DNA of 35,830 bases from an uncultured bacterium (lineage in GTDB: Bacteria > Actinomycetota > UBA4738 > HRBIN12). A program made the translations under genes and the position numbers. Below are positions 17,804 to 25,254 of this stretch, piece after piece. The first letter of the stretch is position 1, and the number at the start of each line of letters is the position of its first letter. A model generated the notes under the pieces. It did no database searches and had not been told where the DNA came from. It saw only the letters and a list, made by a program, of their open reading frames with translations. The stretch is from assembly GCA_967797495.1 (NCBI GenBank), contig CBRGMI010000001.1, positions 1 to 35,830 of the forward strand, read 5' to 3'.

Positions 17804-20647
17804 TCAGACGCCGAGCAGGTCGGGATCGCCGCCGGATTCCTCGACCTGACCGTTGCCCTCGGTCGAGGCGAAGATCGTGGGGGCGGCGAGCGAGCGGCGG
17901 GATTCGAGCTCCCTGAAGACGTCGGTGGCGTGGTCGACGCACAGCACGACGAGGTCTCCCGGGCGCGACCGGTCGAGCGCTTTGCGGGCCGCTTCCATCT
18001 CGTCGACGACGATCTCGGCGTTCCCCGCGCGCGCGCCCGACGCGATCGCCTCGCGGACCCCCTCGAGGATGAGCGCAGCGGTCTCGCCGCGCCTGCGTCC
18101 TCGCGTGTTGCGATCCTCCCGGATGATCACGTCGTCGAAGTGCCGGGCGGCGACGCGCCCGAGCTGACGCATGTCCTCGTCGCGCCGGTCCCCCGCGGTC
18201 GCGACCACCGCGACGCGCAGGTTCGCGCTCCACGACGCCTGCCCCGGCCGGCCGCCGTTCGGCGCGTCGGTCGTGAGCCGCTCCACGAAGTCGCCGAGCG
18301 TCTCGAGACCGGCCGCGTTGTGCGCGTAGTCGATCAACACCTTGACGCCGTGGAGATCGAACACGTTCAGCCGCCCCGGCGCCTGGTAGATCGAGGTCGT
18401 GAACGAGCGCAGCCCTTGACGGATGTCGTGGAGGTGCGCGCCAGCGGCGTGCGCCGCGGCCGCTGCCGCCATCGCGTTCTGCACCATCATGCGGGCGCGC
18501 CCCTCGAAGGTCGCGGGGAGCGTGTGCACCCAGGCGATCGGCATGGTCCGGCGCCCCTCCCTGATCACCATCATCTCCCCGCGCGGACCCTTCTCGAGCA
18601 CGACCGCCTTGCCCCCGCGTCGCACCCAGCGATCGACGAGGTCGTTGCCTTCCCGCATCGAGAACAGGATCACGGAGCCGCTGCAGGCCTTACGCATCCC
18701 CGCGACGAGCTCGTCATCCGCGTTCAGGACGGCCCAACCGGTCTTCGGGACGGCCTCGACCACCACCTGCTTGACGGCCGCGAGCTGCTCGAGCGAGTCG
18801 ATGCCCTTCAGCCCGAGGTGGTCGCCGGTCACGTTCAGGACCACCCCGACGTCGTTCTTGCCGTACCCGAGACCCTCGCGGAGGATCCCTCCTCGCGCCG
18901 TCTCGAACACCGCGAAGTCGATCCGTGGGTTCTGCAGGACCATCTGCGCCGACTTCGGTCCGCTCGCGTCGGCGCGTTTGACCAGACGCTCGTCGATGTA
19001 GATGCCGTCGGTCGTGGTCATGCCCACCGAGCGGCCCATCCCCTTGAAGATGTGCGAGATCATCCGCGTGGTCGTGGTCTTGCCGTTCGAACCGGTGACG
19101 GCGACGATCGGGATCCGCGAGGGCGTGCCGCCGGGGAACAGCAGGTCGACGACGTCCTTCGCGACGAACTGGGCCTCGCCCTCGGTCGGGTTCGTGTGCA
19201 TCCGGAATCCCGGGGCGGCGTTCACCTCGACGATCGCGCCGCCCGTCTCGCGGACGGGCTCGGTGATGTCCGGCGCGAGGAAGTCGATCCCGGCCACGTC
19301 GAGCCCCACGACGCGGGCGGCCTCCTCCGCGATCTCGACGTTCTCCTCGTGCGCCTCCCACGTTCGGTCGATCGAGTTCCCGCCCGTGGACATGTTGCCG
19401 GTCGCCGCGAGCTTCACGAACGCCTCGGCGGCCGGCACGTCGTCCAGGCCGTACCCCTGCTTGCGGAGCAGCTCGATCGCGGCGTCGTCGACCCTGATCC
19501 GCGTGAGCACCTTCTCGTGTCCGATCCCGCGACGGGGATCCGAGTTGGCGATCTCGACCAGGTCGGAGACCGTGTGGGTGCCGTCGCCGACGACGTGCGC
19601 GGGGACCCGTTCGGCCACCGCGACCATCCGGCCTCCCACGACGAGGACCCGGTAGTCGTTGCCGGTCACGAAGCTCTCGACGACGACCTGCCCGCGACGG
19701 GCCTCGGGCAGCGCCCGCCGGAACCCCGTCCGGACGTCCTCCTCGGTCCGCAGGTCGAGCCCGACGCCGCGCCCGTGGTTGCCGTCGAGCGGCTTGGTGA
19801 CCACGGGGAACCCGATCTTGGTGGCCGCGGCGACGGCCTCGGCCTCGCTCTGCACGATCTGGCCGCGCGGCACCGGCAAACCGGCCGATGCGAGCAGCAC
19901 CCGCGTCACGTGCTTGTCGCCGGCGATGTCCACGGCGAGCGCGCTCGTCTTGGACGTCATCGTCGCGCGGATCCGCTGCTGGTACTTCCCCCAGCCGAGC
20001 TGGACCAGCGAGGCCTCGTTCAGCCGGATCCAGGGGATGTCGCGGCTGGCGGCCTCGTCGATGATCGCCTGCGTGGACGGGCCGAACGCACGCCGCTCCG
20101 CCAGCAGGATCAGGCGCTCGAGCTCGACGAGGAAGTCGAACTCCTCCGCCGGCCGCACGAGCTGGTTCACGAGGCGGACCGCCAGGTCGCCGGCGGCCAG
20201 GCCGACCCGCTCCTCCCAGTAGCCGTAGATCACGTTGTAGCGCCCGGCCTCGCCGGCGCTCCGGGTCTTGCCGCGGTACACGTGGGCGCCGGACTCGCGC
20301 TGGAGCTCGAGCGCGATGTGCTCGGCGACGTGCCCGAGCCACGTCCCTTCCCTCAACCGCTCGCCGAACCCGCCACGACGGCCGAGGGAGCACGAGTGCT
20401 CGGCGATGCCCGGGAGCATCTCCAACAGACCGTCGACGAAGCCCGGGATCGTGTTCGACGGCCAGTCCTCGAGCGCGCCGAGGTCGACGAGCAGCCGGAT
20501 CGCGGGGTCGTACGACCAGTAGTTCGGACCCCGGAACACCTGCGTCTCGACCACCTCGAGGTCCGGCGCGAGAGGACGCTTGGCCGCGGTCGGCTCGTCC
20601 TTCGCCCGCCGGCGGTCCGCTCGCGAGCGGGTCCGGCTGTCGCTCAC
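17804..20647 (-). CDS. cphA: cyanophycin synthetase (N, ATP-grasp G and Mur-like M domains)
   Basis: 947 aa from the GTG at 20647, which overlaps the cphB stop (GTGA). N domain: FRGPNYWSYDPAIRLLVDLG. ATP-grasp: KPLDGNHGRGV, GNDYRVLVVGG, EVNAAPGF. M domain: VTGSNGKTTT, ETARGGIL, NADD, DYAHN. Confidence 0.95.
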   Translation of the reverse strand: MSDSRTRSRADRRRAKDEPTAAKRPLAPDLEVVETQVFRGPNYWSYDPAIRLLVDLGALEDWPSNTIPGFVDGLLEMLPGIAEHSCSLGRRGGFGERLREGTWLGHVAEHIALELQRESGAHVYRGKTRSAGEAGRYNVIYGYWEERVGLAAGDLAVRLVNQLVRPAEEFDFLVELERLILLAERRAFGPSTQAIIDEAASRDIPWIRLNEASLVQLGWGKYQQRIRATMTSKTSALAVDIAGDKHVTRVLLASAGLPVPRGQIVQSEAEAVAAATKIGFPVVTKPLDGNHGRGVGLDLRTEEDVRTGFRRALPEARRGQVVVESFVTGNDYRVLVVGGRMVAVAERVPAHVVGDGTHTVSDLVEIANSDPRRGIGHEKVLTRIRVDDAAIELLRKQGYGLDDVPAAEAFVKLAATGNMSTGGNSIDRTWEAHEENVEIAEEAARVVGLDVAGIDFLAPDITEPVRETGGAIVEVNAAPGFRMHTNPTEGEAQFVAKDVVDLLFPGGTPSRIPIVAVTGSNGKTTTTRMISHIFKGMGRSVGMTTTDGIYIDERLVKRADASGPKSAQMVLQNPRIDFAVFETARGGILREGLGYGKNDVGVVLNVTGDHLGLKGIDSLEQLAAVKQVVVEAVPKTGWAVLNADDELVAGMRKACSGSVILFSMREGNDLVDRWVRRGGKAVVLEKGPRGEMMVIREGRRTMPIAWVHTLPATFEGRARMMVQNAMAAAAAAHAAGAHLHDIRQGLRSFTTSIYQAPGRLNVFDLHGVKVLIDYAHNAAGLETLGDFVERLTTDAPNGGRPGQASWSANLRVAVVATAGDRRDEDMRQLGRVAARHFDDVIIREDRNTRGRRRGETAALILEGVREAIASGARAGNAEIVVDEMEAARKALDRSRPGDLVVLCVDHATDVFRELESRRSLAAPTIFASTEGNGQVEESGGDPDLLGV

Positions 20648-21510
20648 TCCGAGGCCTCGCGTTCCACCCCGGGCGCCTCGGCGAGCAGCGCGCGGCCGCG
20701 CAGGTCGAACCAGGAGCCGTCGGGCAGCGAGTGCACCACCGCGCCCGAGACCATGATCGGCCGGTGGCCCTTGGCCTGGTGGGCGTCGGTCTGCACGCGG
20801 GAACCGTCGATCACCGTCACGGCGCCCTTGCCGACCACCTCCATCGTTCGAGCGGCGTAGACGATCGCGCTCGTGTCCTCGTCCAAACCGATGCCGAGCA
20901 ACGACGGTGACTGCGCGATCACGGCGAGCAGCCTCCCGAACCGGCCGCGCTGCTCGAAGTGTTGGTCGACGACGACGCCCTCCAGCACGCCGAGCCCTGC
21001 GGCGAGCTGCGCCATGCGTTGCTTGGGGGTCTCGCCCCCACGACCGAACGCCATCATGTGCGTCGCCATCGCGCTCGCGCCGGCCGAGGTCCCGGCGAGC
21101 ACCGCGCCGCGGTCGTGCGCCCGGTGGATCGCATCGGCGAGGCGGGTGCCGGCGACGACCGAGGACAGGCGGAGCTGGTTCCCGCCCGTGAGGAAGATCG
21201 CGGTCGCGTCGTGCAGGGCGGATGCGAGCTCGGGGTCCTCGGCCTCGGACCGCTCCTCGGGCCGCAGGCCGGTCACGCTGCCGATCCCGAGACCCTCGAA
21301 CAGCTCCCGGTAGCGTTCGGTGGCGACGTCGCCGAGCGAGGAGGCAGTCGCGATCAGCACGACGTGGCCTTCGGGCCCCCCGGCGAAGGTCGCGAACCGC
21401 GACAGGATCAGCTTGTCCCGAACCTTGTCCTCGGCGCCTCCGATCAGCATGACCGGGCCGGCGCCGCCGAGGGCGCGGAGCGCGGATGGGGGTTTCGGAA
21501 CGGGGGTCAC
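20644..21510 (-). CDS. cphB: cyanophycinase (peptidase S51)
   Basis: LIGGAEDK, FLTGGNQLRL, the nucleophile motif GTSAGAS, DQHF and GLDEDT match the CphB family. GTG start at 21510. Confidence 0.9.
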   Translation of the reverse strand: MTPVPKPPSALRALGGAGPVMLIGGAEDKVRDKLILSRFATFAGGPEGHVVLIATASSLGDVATERYRELFEGLGIGSVTGLRPEERSEAEDPELASALHDATAIFLTGGNQLRLSSVVAGTRLADAIHRAHDRGAVLAGTSAGASAMATHMMAFGRGGETPKQRMAQLAAGLGVLEGVVVDQHFEQRGRFGRLLAVIAQSPSLLGIGLDEDTSAIVYAARTMEVVGKGAVTVIDGSRVQTDAHQAKGHRPIMVSGAVVHSLPDGSWFDLRGRALLAEAPGVEREASE

Positions 21511-21525
21511 GGTGAGGGAAGTGTA

Positions 21526-21544
21526 GCCCGCGCCGTGCGCGGGT
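21526..21544 (-). terminator. short GC hairpin between the HesB-like gene and cphB (weak terminator or attenuator candidate)
   Basis: CCCGCGC-cgt-GCGCGGG inverted repeat with a 7-bp stem and no U-tract. It lies 37 nt downstream of the HesB-like stop and 16 nt upstream of the cphB start. Confidence 0.3.
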
Positions 21545-21580
21545 CATCGGGAGAGGGCCGTTTTGCGATCGGCGTTCGGG

Positions 21581-21868
21581 TCAGTGCGCCGACCGAACGC
21601 TGCGCTCGGGATCGCCGGGCGGCCGCAGGACGAGCCGGTCGTGGGGTTCGACCACGTCGACCGTGCCCTCGAGCCCCGACGCCACCCACAGCTCGAAACC
21701 GTGCTCGGTCACCAGCTCGTCCCCGTCCTCGCGCTCGTCCGTGAGATCGAACGCCACCCCGTCGCCCGTCCGATGGATCCGAACGGTGGCCGCGGGGTTG
21801 AACCTGCGGGCGGCATCGTGCGTGCGTTGCAGGATCTCGATGGCCCAGTCGGTGAACTCGAGCGTCAC
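21581..21868 (-). CDS. HesB/IscA-like fold protein lacking the C-terminal cysteine motif
   Basis: VTLEFTDWAIEILQR...VRIHRTGDGVAFDLTDEREDGDELVTEHGFELWV...GTVDVV follows the HesB/IscA pattern (xTLTxxA..., LRIxxxGxxFxLxDE, DDxVxExxGxxLxV). The GTG at 21868 is preferred because the longer track start at 21973 would overlap the small ORF upstream. Confidence 0.45.
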   Translation of the reverse strand: MTLEFTDWAIEILQRTHDAARRFNPAATVRIHRTGDGVAFDLTDEREDGDELVTEHGFELWVASGLEGTVDVVEPHDRLVLRPPGDPERSVRSAH

Positions 21869-21905
21869 GCGATCATCGTACGAGGCAGGGATCCGATCAC
21901 CGTGG

Positions 21906-22046
21906 CTAGAGCCGCAGGGCCCGGTCGCGCCGGTCGCCCCCGGATCGCCGCACGCCGTCCTCGCGGGAGTCACGGCCGAACGCCACCGCGGCCACCCACA
22001 GCAACGCCACGACGAGGACCGTCAGCACGATCTCGACCGTTTCCAT
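21906..22046 (-). CDS. 46-aa single-pass membrane protein
   Basis: The sequence is METVEIVLTVLVVALLWVAAVAFGRDSREDGVRRSGGDRRDRALRL. ATG is preceded by GAGGGGTGG at 4 nt. 43 of 46 codons end in G/C. It is below the size cut-off of the ORF track as a stand-alone ORF. Confidence 0.4.
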   Translation of the reverse strand: METVEIVLTVLVVALLWVAAVAFGRDSREDGVRRSGGDRRDRALRL

Positions 22047-22355
22047 CAGGCCACCCCTCGCAGCAGCCGGAAGCCGGCGCTCACGAGCCGAGCGCCGACG
22101 GCCGCCCGGATCGCGTCCCGTCGTCGCCGCATCGGCCGCCGGCGGCGACCACCTCGCGCGTCGTCGCGCAGGGACCCGGCTCGGATCCGACCCATCTCGC
22201 CGAACATCGACGGTGTGAGCATCCCTGCACCTCCCCTTCTCGGCCTTCTTGGTTTCTTCTCGGCTCGGCGTCTCCGAGGGCAGTAACCTTCGACGGATCC
22301 TATGTCGGTTAGCGTAACTTGTCAACCGATTTCGACGGTGTACACTCGGGGGATC

Positions 22356-22937
22356 ATGGCTGCGTTCGACTTCTCGCCGCACGGGGACACCCCCCCGGCA
22401 CCCGGAGACCTCGAGCTCCTCCAGCGGTTCCTCAACCTGCACGTCCACGACGCCGAGGGGACGCACCTCGAACCCCCCGCCGAGCAGATCCGCGGCTTCC
22501 TCGTCGAGCGGAACCTCCTCTCGGAACAGGAACGCTTCACCGACGCCGACCGTGAGACCTATCTCGGCCTCCGAGATGCGATCCGGAACCTGATCCTGGC
22601 CGGCGACGACGAGCCGGTCTCGGCGCGCGACGCCGACGTGCTCGACCGGATCGGGCTCGCGTCCGGCCTGCACCCGCACTTCCATGCCGCACACCCCCCC
22701 ACTCTGGAGCCGAGGGGCACGGGCGTGGCGGCTGCGTACGGCGCGGTCGTCGCGATCGCGTTCGTGAGCGCCTTCGACGAGAGCTTCGACCACCTCAAGC
22801 TCTGCGCCGACGAGACCTGCCGTTCGGTCTTCTACGACCGTTCGAAGAACCGCTCGGGGAGGTGGTGCTCGATGTCGACGTGCGGCAACCGGGCGAAGGT
22901 TCGCGCCTGGCGGGAGCGCCAGCGGGCAGACGGGTGA
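22356..22937 (+). CDS. CGNR zinc-finger (ABATE-domain) protein
   Basis: The C-terminal sequence is LKLCADETCRSVFYDRSKNRSGRWCSMSTCGNRAKVRAWRERQ, the zf-CGNR signature. I chose the ATG at 22356 (MAAFDF...). Confidence 0.85.
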   Translation: MAAFDFSPHGDTPPAPGDLELLQRFLNLHVHDAEGTHLEPPAEQIRGFLVERNLLSEQERFTDADRETYLGLRDAIRNLILAGDDEPVSARDADVLDRIGLASGLHPHFHAAHPPTLEPRGTGVAAAYGAVVAIAFVSAFDESFDHLKLCADETCRSVFYDRSKNRSGRWCSMSTCGNRAKVRAWRERQRADG

Positions 22938-23854
22938 CCTCGTTCGACCTGCGTCTGCGCGGTCCGGGCGGCGAGCCCGTCGACCTCGTGCGGACGCTCA
23001 ACTCCCACGGGTTCGTCGACCTGCCCCCGATGCGGCCCTCGGCCGACTACCGGTCGGTCGAGCTCACGCTTCGGGCCGGTCGCGGGCGCCCTCGGACCGT
23101 GCGGATCGAGGCCGGTCGCGCGGGGCGCGCGAGGGTCTCGGTCCTCGGACCCCCGGCGTCGGAGCGGGCGACCGACCGGCTCGCCGCGACGGTCCGTCAC
23201 GTCCTGCGCCTCGACGCCGACCTCTCGGCGTTCTACGCGGCCGCGTCCGGCGACCCGGATCTCGCGTGGGTGACGAGCGGGGCGGGCCGCATGGTCCAGA
23301 GTCCGACCGTGTTCGAGGACGTCGTCAAGACGATCTGCACCACCAACTGCACGTGGTCCGCCACGAAGCGGATGGTCCACGCCATCGTCGAGCACCTCGG
23401 CGAACGGGCGCCGGGCGCGGAACCGCACGGCCCGTGGGGCCGAGCCTTCCCGACGCCGGCCGAGATGGCCGAGGCCGGGGAGTCCTTCTACACCGACGTC
23501 GCGCGCACCGGGTACCGCGGCGCGTACCTGCTGCGGCTCGCGCGTTCGGTCGACGACGGGGAGCTCGACCTGGAGGCGTTCGCGACCGCGACGACGGACG
23601 AGTTGTCGGACGAGGAGCTCGAGGAGCGGCTGCTCGCGCTGCCGGGGGTCGGGCCCTACGCGGCGGCGCACATCATGATGACCCTCGGCCGGTACCACCG
23701 GCTGATCCTGGACTCGTGGACCCGGCCCACCTACGCGAAGAAGGTCGGACGCGCGAAGGTGACCGACGCCGGCATCGAGCGCCGGTTCCGCCGTTACGGA
23801 CCGTACGCGGGCCTCGCCTTCTGGCTGTTCCTGACGCGCGACTGGGTCGACTGA
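22934..23854 (+). CDS. AlkA-like DNA-3-methyladenine glycosylase II family protein (HhH-GPD)
   Basis: TICTTNCTWSATKRM, helix-hairpin-helix LLALPGVGPYAAAHIMM, and a following Asp (LILDSW). The GTG at 22934 overlaps the CGNR gene's stop (GTGA). Confidence 0.8.
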   Translation: MTSFDLRLRGPGGEPVDLVRTLNSHGFVDLPPMRPSADYRSVELTLRAGRGRPRTVRIEAGRAGRARVSVLGPPASERATDRLAATVRHVLRLDADLSAFYAAASGDPDLAWVTSGAGRMVQSPTVFEDVVKTICTTNCTWSATKRMVHAIVEHLGERAPGAEPHGPWGRAFPTPAEMAEAGESFYTDVARTGYRGAYLLRLARSVDDGELDLEAFATATTDELSDEELEERLLALPGVGPYAAAHIMMTLGRYHRLILDSWTRPTYAKKVGRAKVTDAGIERRFRRYGPYAGLAFWLFLTRDWVD

Positions 23855-23954
23855 ACCCCCACCCCGCCGAACGCGCGAAGGGTTGTCCCGCAGGCACGCC
23901 GAGCGCATACTGCCTCGGGCGCGCGGAGCCCCCACCCGCGGCCGCCTGAGCCAG

Positions 23955-23982
23955 CCAAGGGATGAGCCCCAAGGGATGAGCC
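23955..23982 (+). repeat. perfect 14-nt tandem duplication (CCAAGGGATGAGCC x2) in the MgtE-like gene leader
   Basis: 23955-23968 and 23969-23982 are identical. Degenerate copies follow (AAGGAATGCG, AAGGACCCGATGAGCG). The repeat ends 33 nt before the ATG at 24016. Confidence 0.9.
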
Positions 23983-24015
23983 AAGGAATGCGAAGGACCC
24001 GATGAGCGAACCGTT

Positions 24016-25254
24016 ATGGCGCTTCCACGTCGTGCGCGGCGTCTGTGGGCCTCCTGGCGCGCAGAGCAACGGACCCTGCGACAGGGTCTGGTCGCGCTCG
24101 CCCTCAGCACGCTGGCGGGGTTCGTCGCCGGGCTCACCCTGGCCCACATCACCGGGACGCTCCAGGAGCTGCCCGGCCTGATCGTGCTGATCCCGGCCGC
24201 GGTCGGGATGAAGGGGACGATCTTCGGGGCGATCGGCGCTCGGCTCGGCACCGCGAACGTCGCCGGTCTGCTCGAGCCGACGCTCCGGCCCGGCAGTGTC
24301 CTGCAGCGGAACGTCTACGTGGCGGTCGTGACGACGTTCTCGTCGGCCCTGTGGCTCGCGGTCCTGTCGGTGCTCGCCTCGGCGGCGTTCGGCGAGCCGT
24401 CGATCTCGCTGTGGCGCCTCGCGACGGTCTCGATCGTCGGCGGCGCGATCGGGTCGGCGCTGATCCTGATGATCACGCTTTCGCTGTCGGTCCTGTCCTA
24501 CCGGCGCGGCTGGGATCTGGACTCGGTGTCGACACCGATGGTCACCGCGCTCGGCGACATGACCACGCTCCCGAGCCTGTTCCTCGCGACGTACCTACTG
24601 CGCTCGGACCTGGTCGCCGTCCCCGCCGCCGTGATCTCGATCGCGCTGGCCGTGTACGCGGCGATCCGCTCCTACACGGTCGCCGATCGGGTGATCCGCA
24701 GGATCCTCGTGGAGATGACCGCGGTGATCCTGCTGACGCCGATCCTGGACATCCTGGCGGGGACGCTGCTGCGGGCTCGCCAGGAACAGCTGGTGGCGGT
24801 GCCGGTGCTGCTGGCGTTGATCCCGCCCTTCGTGTCGCAGGCCGGCGCCCTCGGCGGCATCTTCACGTCGCGCACCGCCTCCAAGCTCCAGATCGGTGTC
24901 ATCACGGCCCGCGGGCTCCCCGAGATCCCCGCGCTCGTCGACGCCTCGATCGTCTCGGCGCTGTCGATCGCCGTCTTCGCGATGGTCGGCGTCGTGGCGT
25001 ACGTGCTCGGCGTGGCGACGGATCTCGTGGGGATGCCCTCGTTCCCGACCCTGGTCGCCGGGACCCTCCTCGCCGGGCTCATCGTGACCCCGATCACGCT
25101 GGTCGCGGGGTACTACCTCGCGATCGGGACCTTCCGGTTCGGCCTGGACCCCGACGACCAGAGCGTGCCGATCATCACGAGCGTGATGGACCTCGCGGGC
25201 GTGGCCGTCGTTCTGTTCGTCATGACATCATTGGGCGTGCTCCCGAATGGATGA
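24016..25254 (+). CDS. MgtE-like divalent-cation transporter with two tandem MgtE membrane domains (SLC41-like)
   Basis: PGLIVLIPAAVGMKGTIFGAIGARLGT in the first half is echoed by LLALIPPFVSQAGALGGIFTSRTAS in the second. GDMTTLPSLF is also present. The protein is multi-TM and has no cytosolic CBS region. Confidence 0.75.
   Translation: MALPRRARRLWASWRAEQRTLRQGLVALALSTLAGFVAGLTLAHITGTLQELPGLIVLIPAAVGMKGTIFGAIGARLGTANVAGLLEPTLRPGSVLQRNVYVAVVTTFSSALWLAVLSVLASAAFGEPSISLWRLATVSIVGGAIGSALILMITLSLSVLSYRRGWDLDSVSTPMVTALGDMTTLPSLFLATYLLRSDLVAVPAAVISIALAVYAAIRSYTVADRVIRRILVEMTAVILLTPILDILAGTLLRARQEQLVAVPVLLALIPPFVSQAGALGGIFTSRTASKLQIGVITARGLPEIPALVDASIVSALSIAVFAMVGVVAYVLGVATDLVGMPSFPTLVAGTLLAGLIVTPITLVAGYYLAIGTFRFGLDPDDQSVPIITSVMDLAGVAVVLFVMTSLGVLPNG

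Noticed and set aside
17786-20860. 1024-aa plus-strand ORF opposite cphA
   Set aside because: It is the antisense shadow of a gene with an unambiguous CphA sequence, and its product is Arg/Asp/Gly/Pro-rich with no motifs.
20648-21547. N-terminal 300 residues of the 1247-aa minus-strand ORF fused to cphA
   Set aside because: This stretch is an off-frame read-through of cphB and is Arg-rich nonsense. The CphA N domain begins just after the GTG at 20647, which overlaps the cphB stop.
21869-21973. Longer start (GTG 21973) for the HesB-like gene
   Set aside because: The extra 35 residues are Gly/Ala/Thr/Pro-rich and would overlap the well-supported 46-aa membrane ORF that ends at 21906. The GTG at 21868 gives the canonical xTLxFT N terminus.
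23855-24015. M-box (Mg2+) riboswitch in front of the MgtE-like gene
   Set aside because: The leader is only about 160 nt and is dominated by a short tandem repeat. Nothing resembles the long multi-helix M-box consensus.
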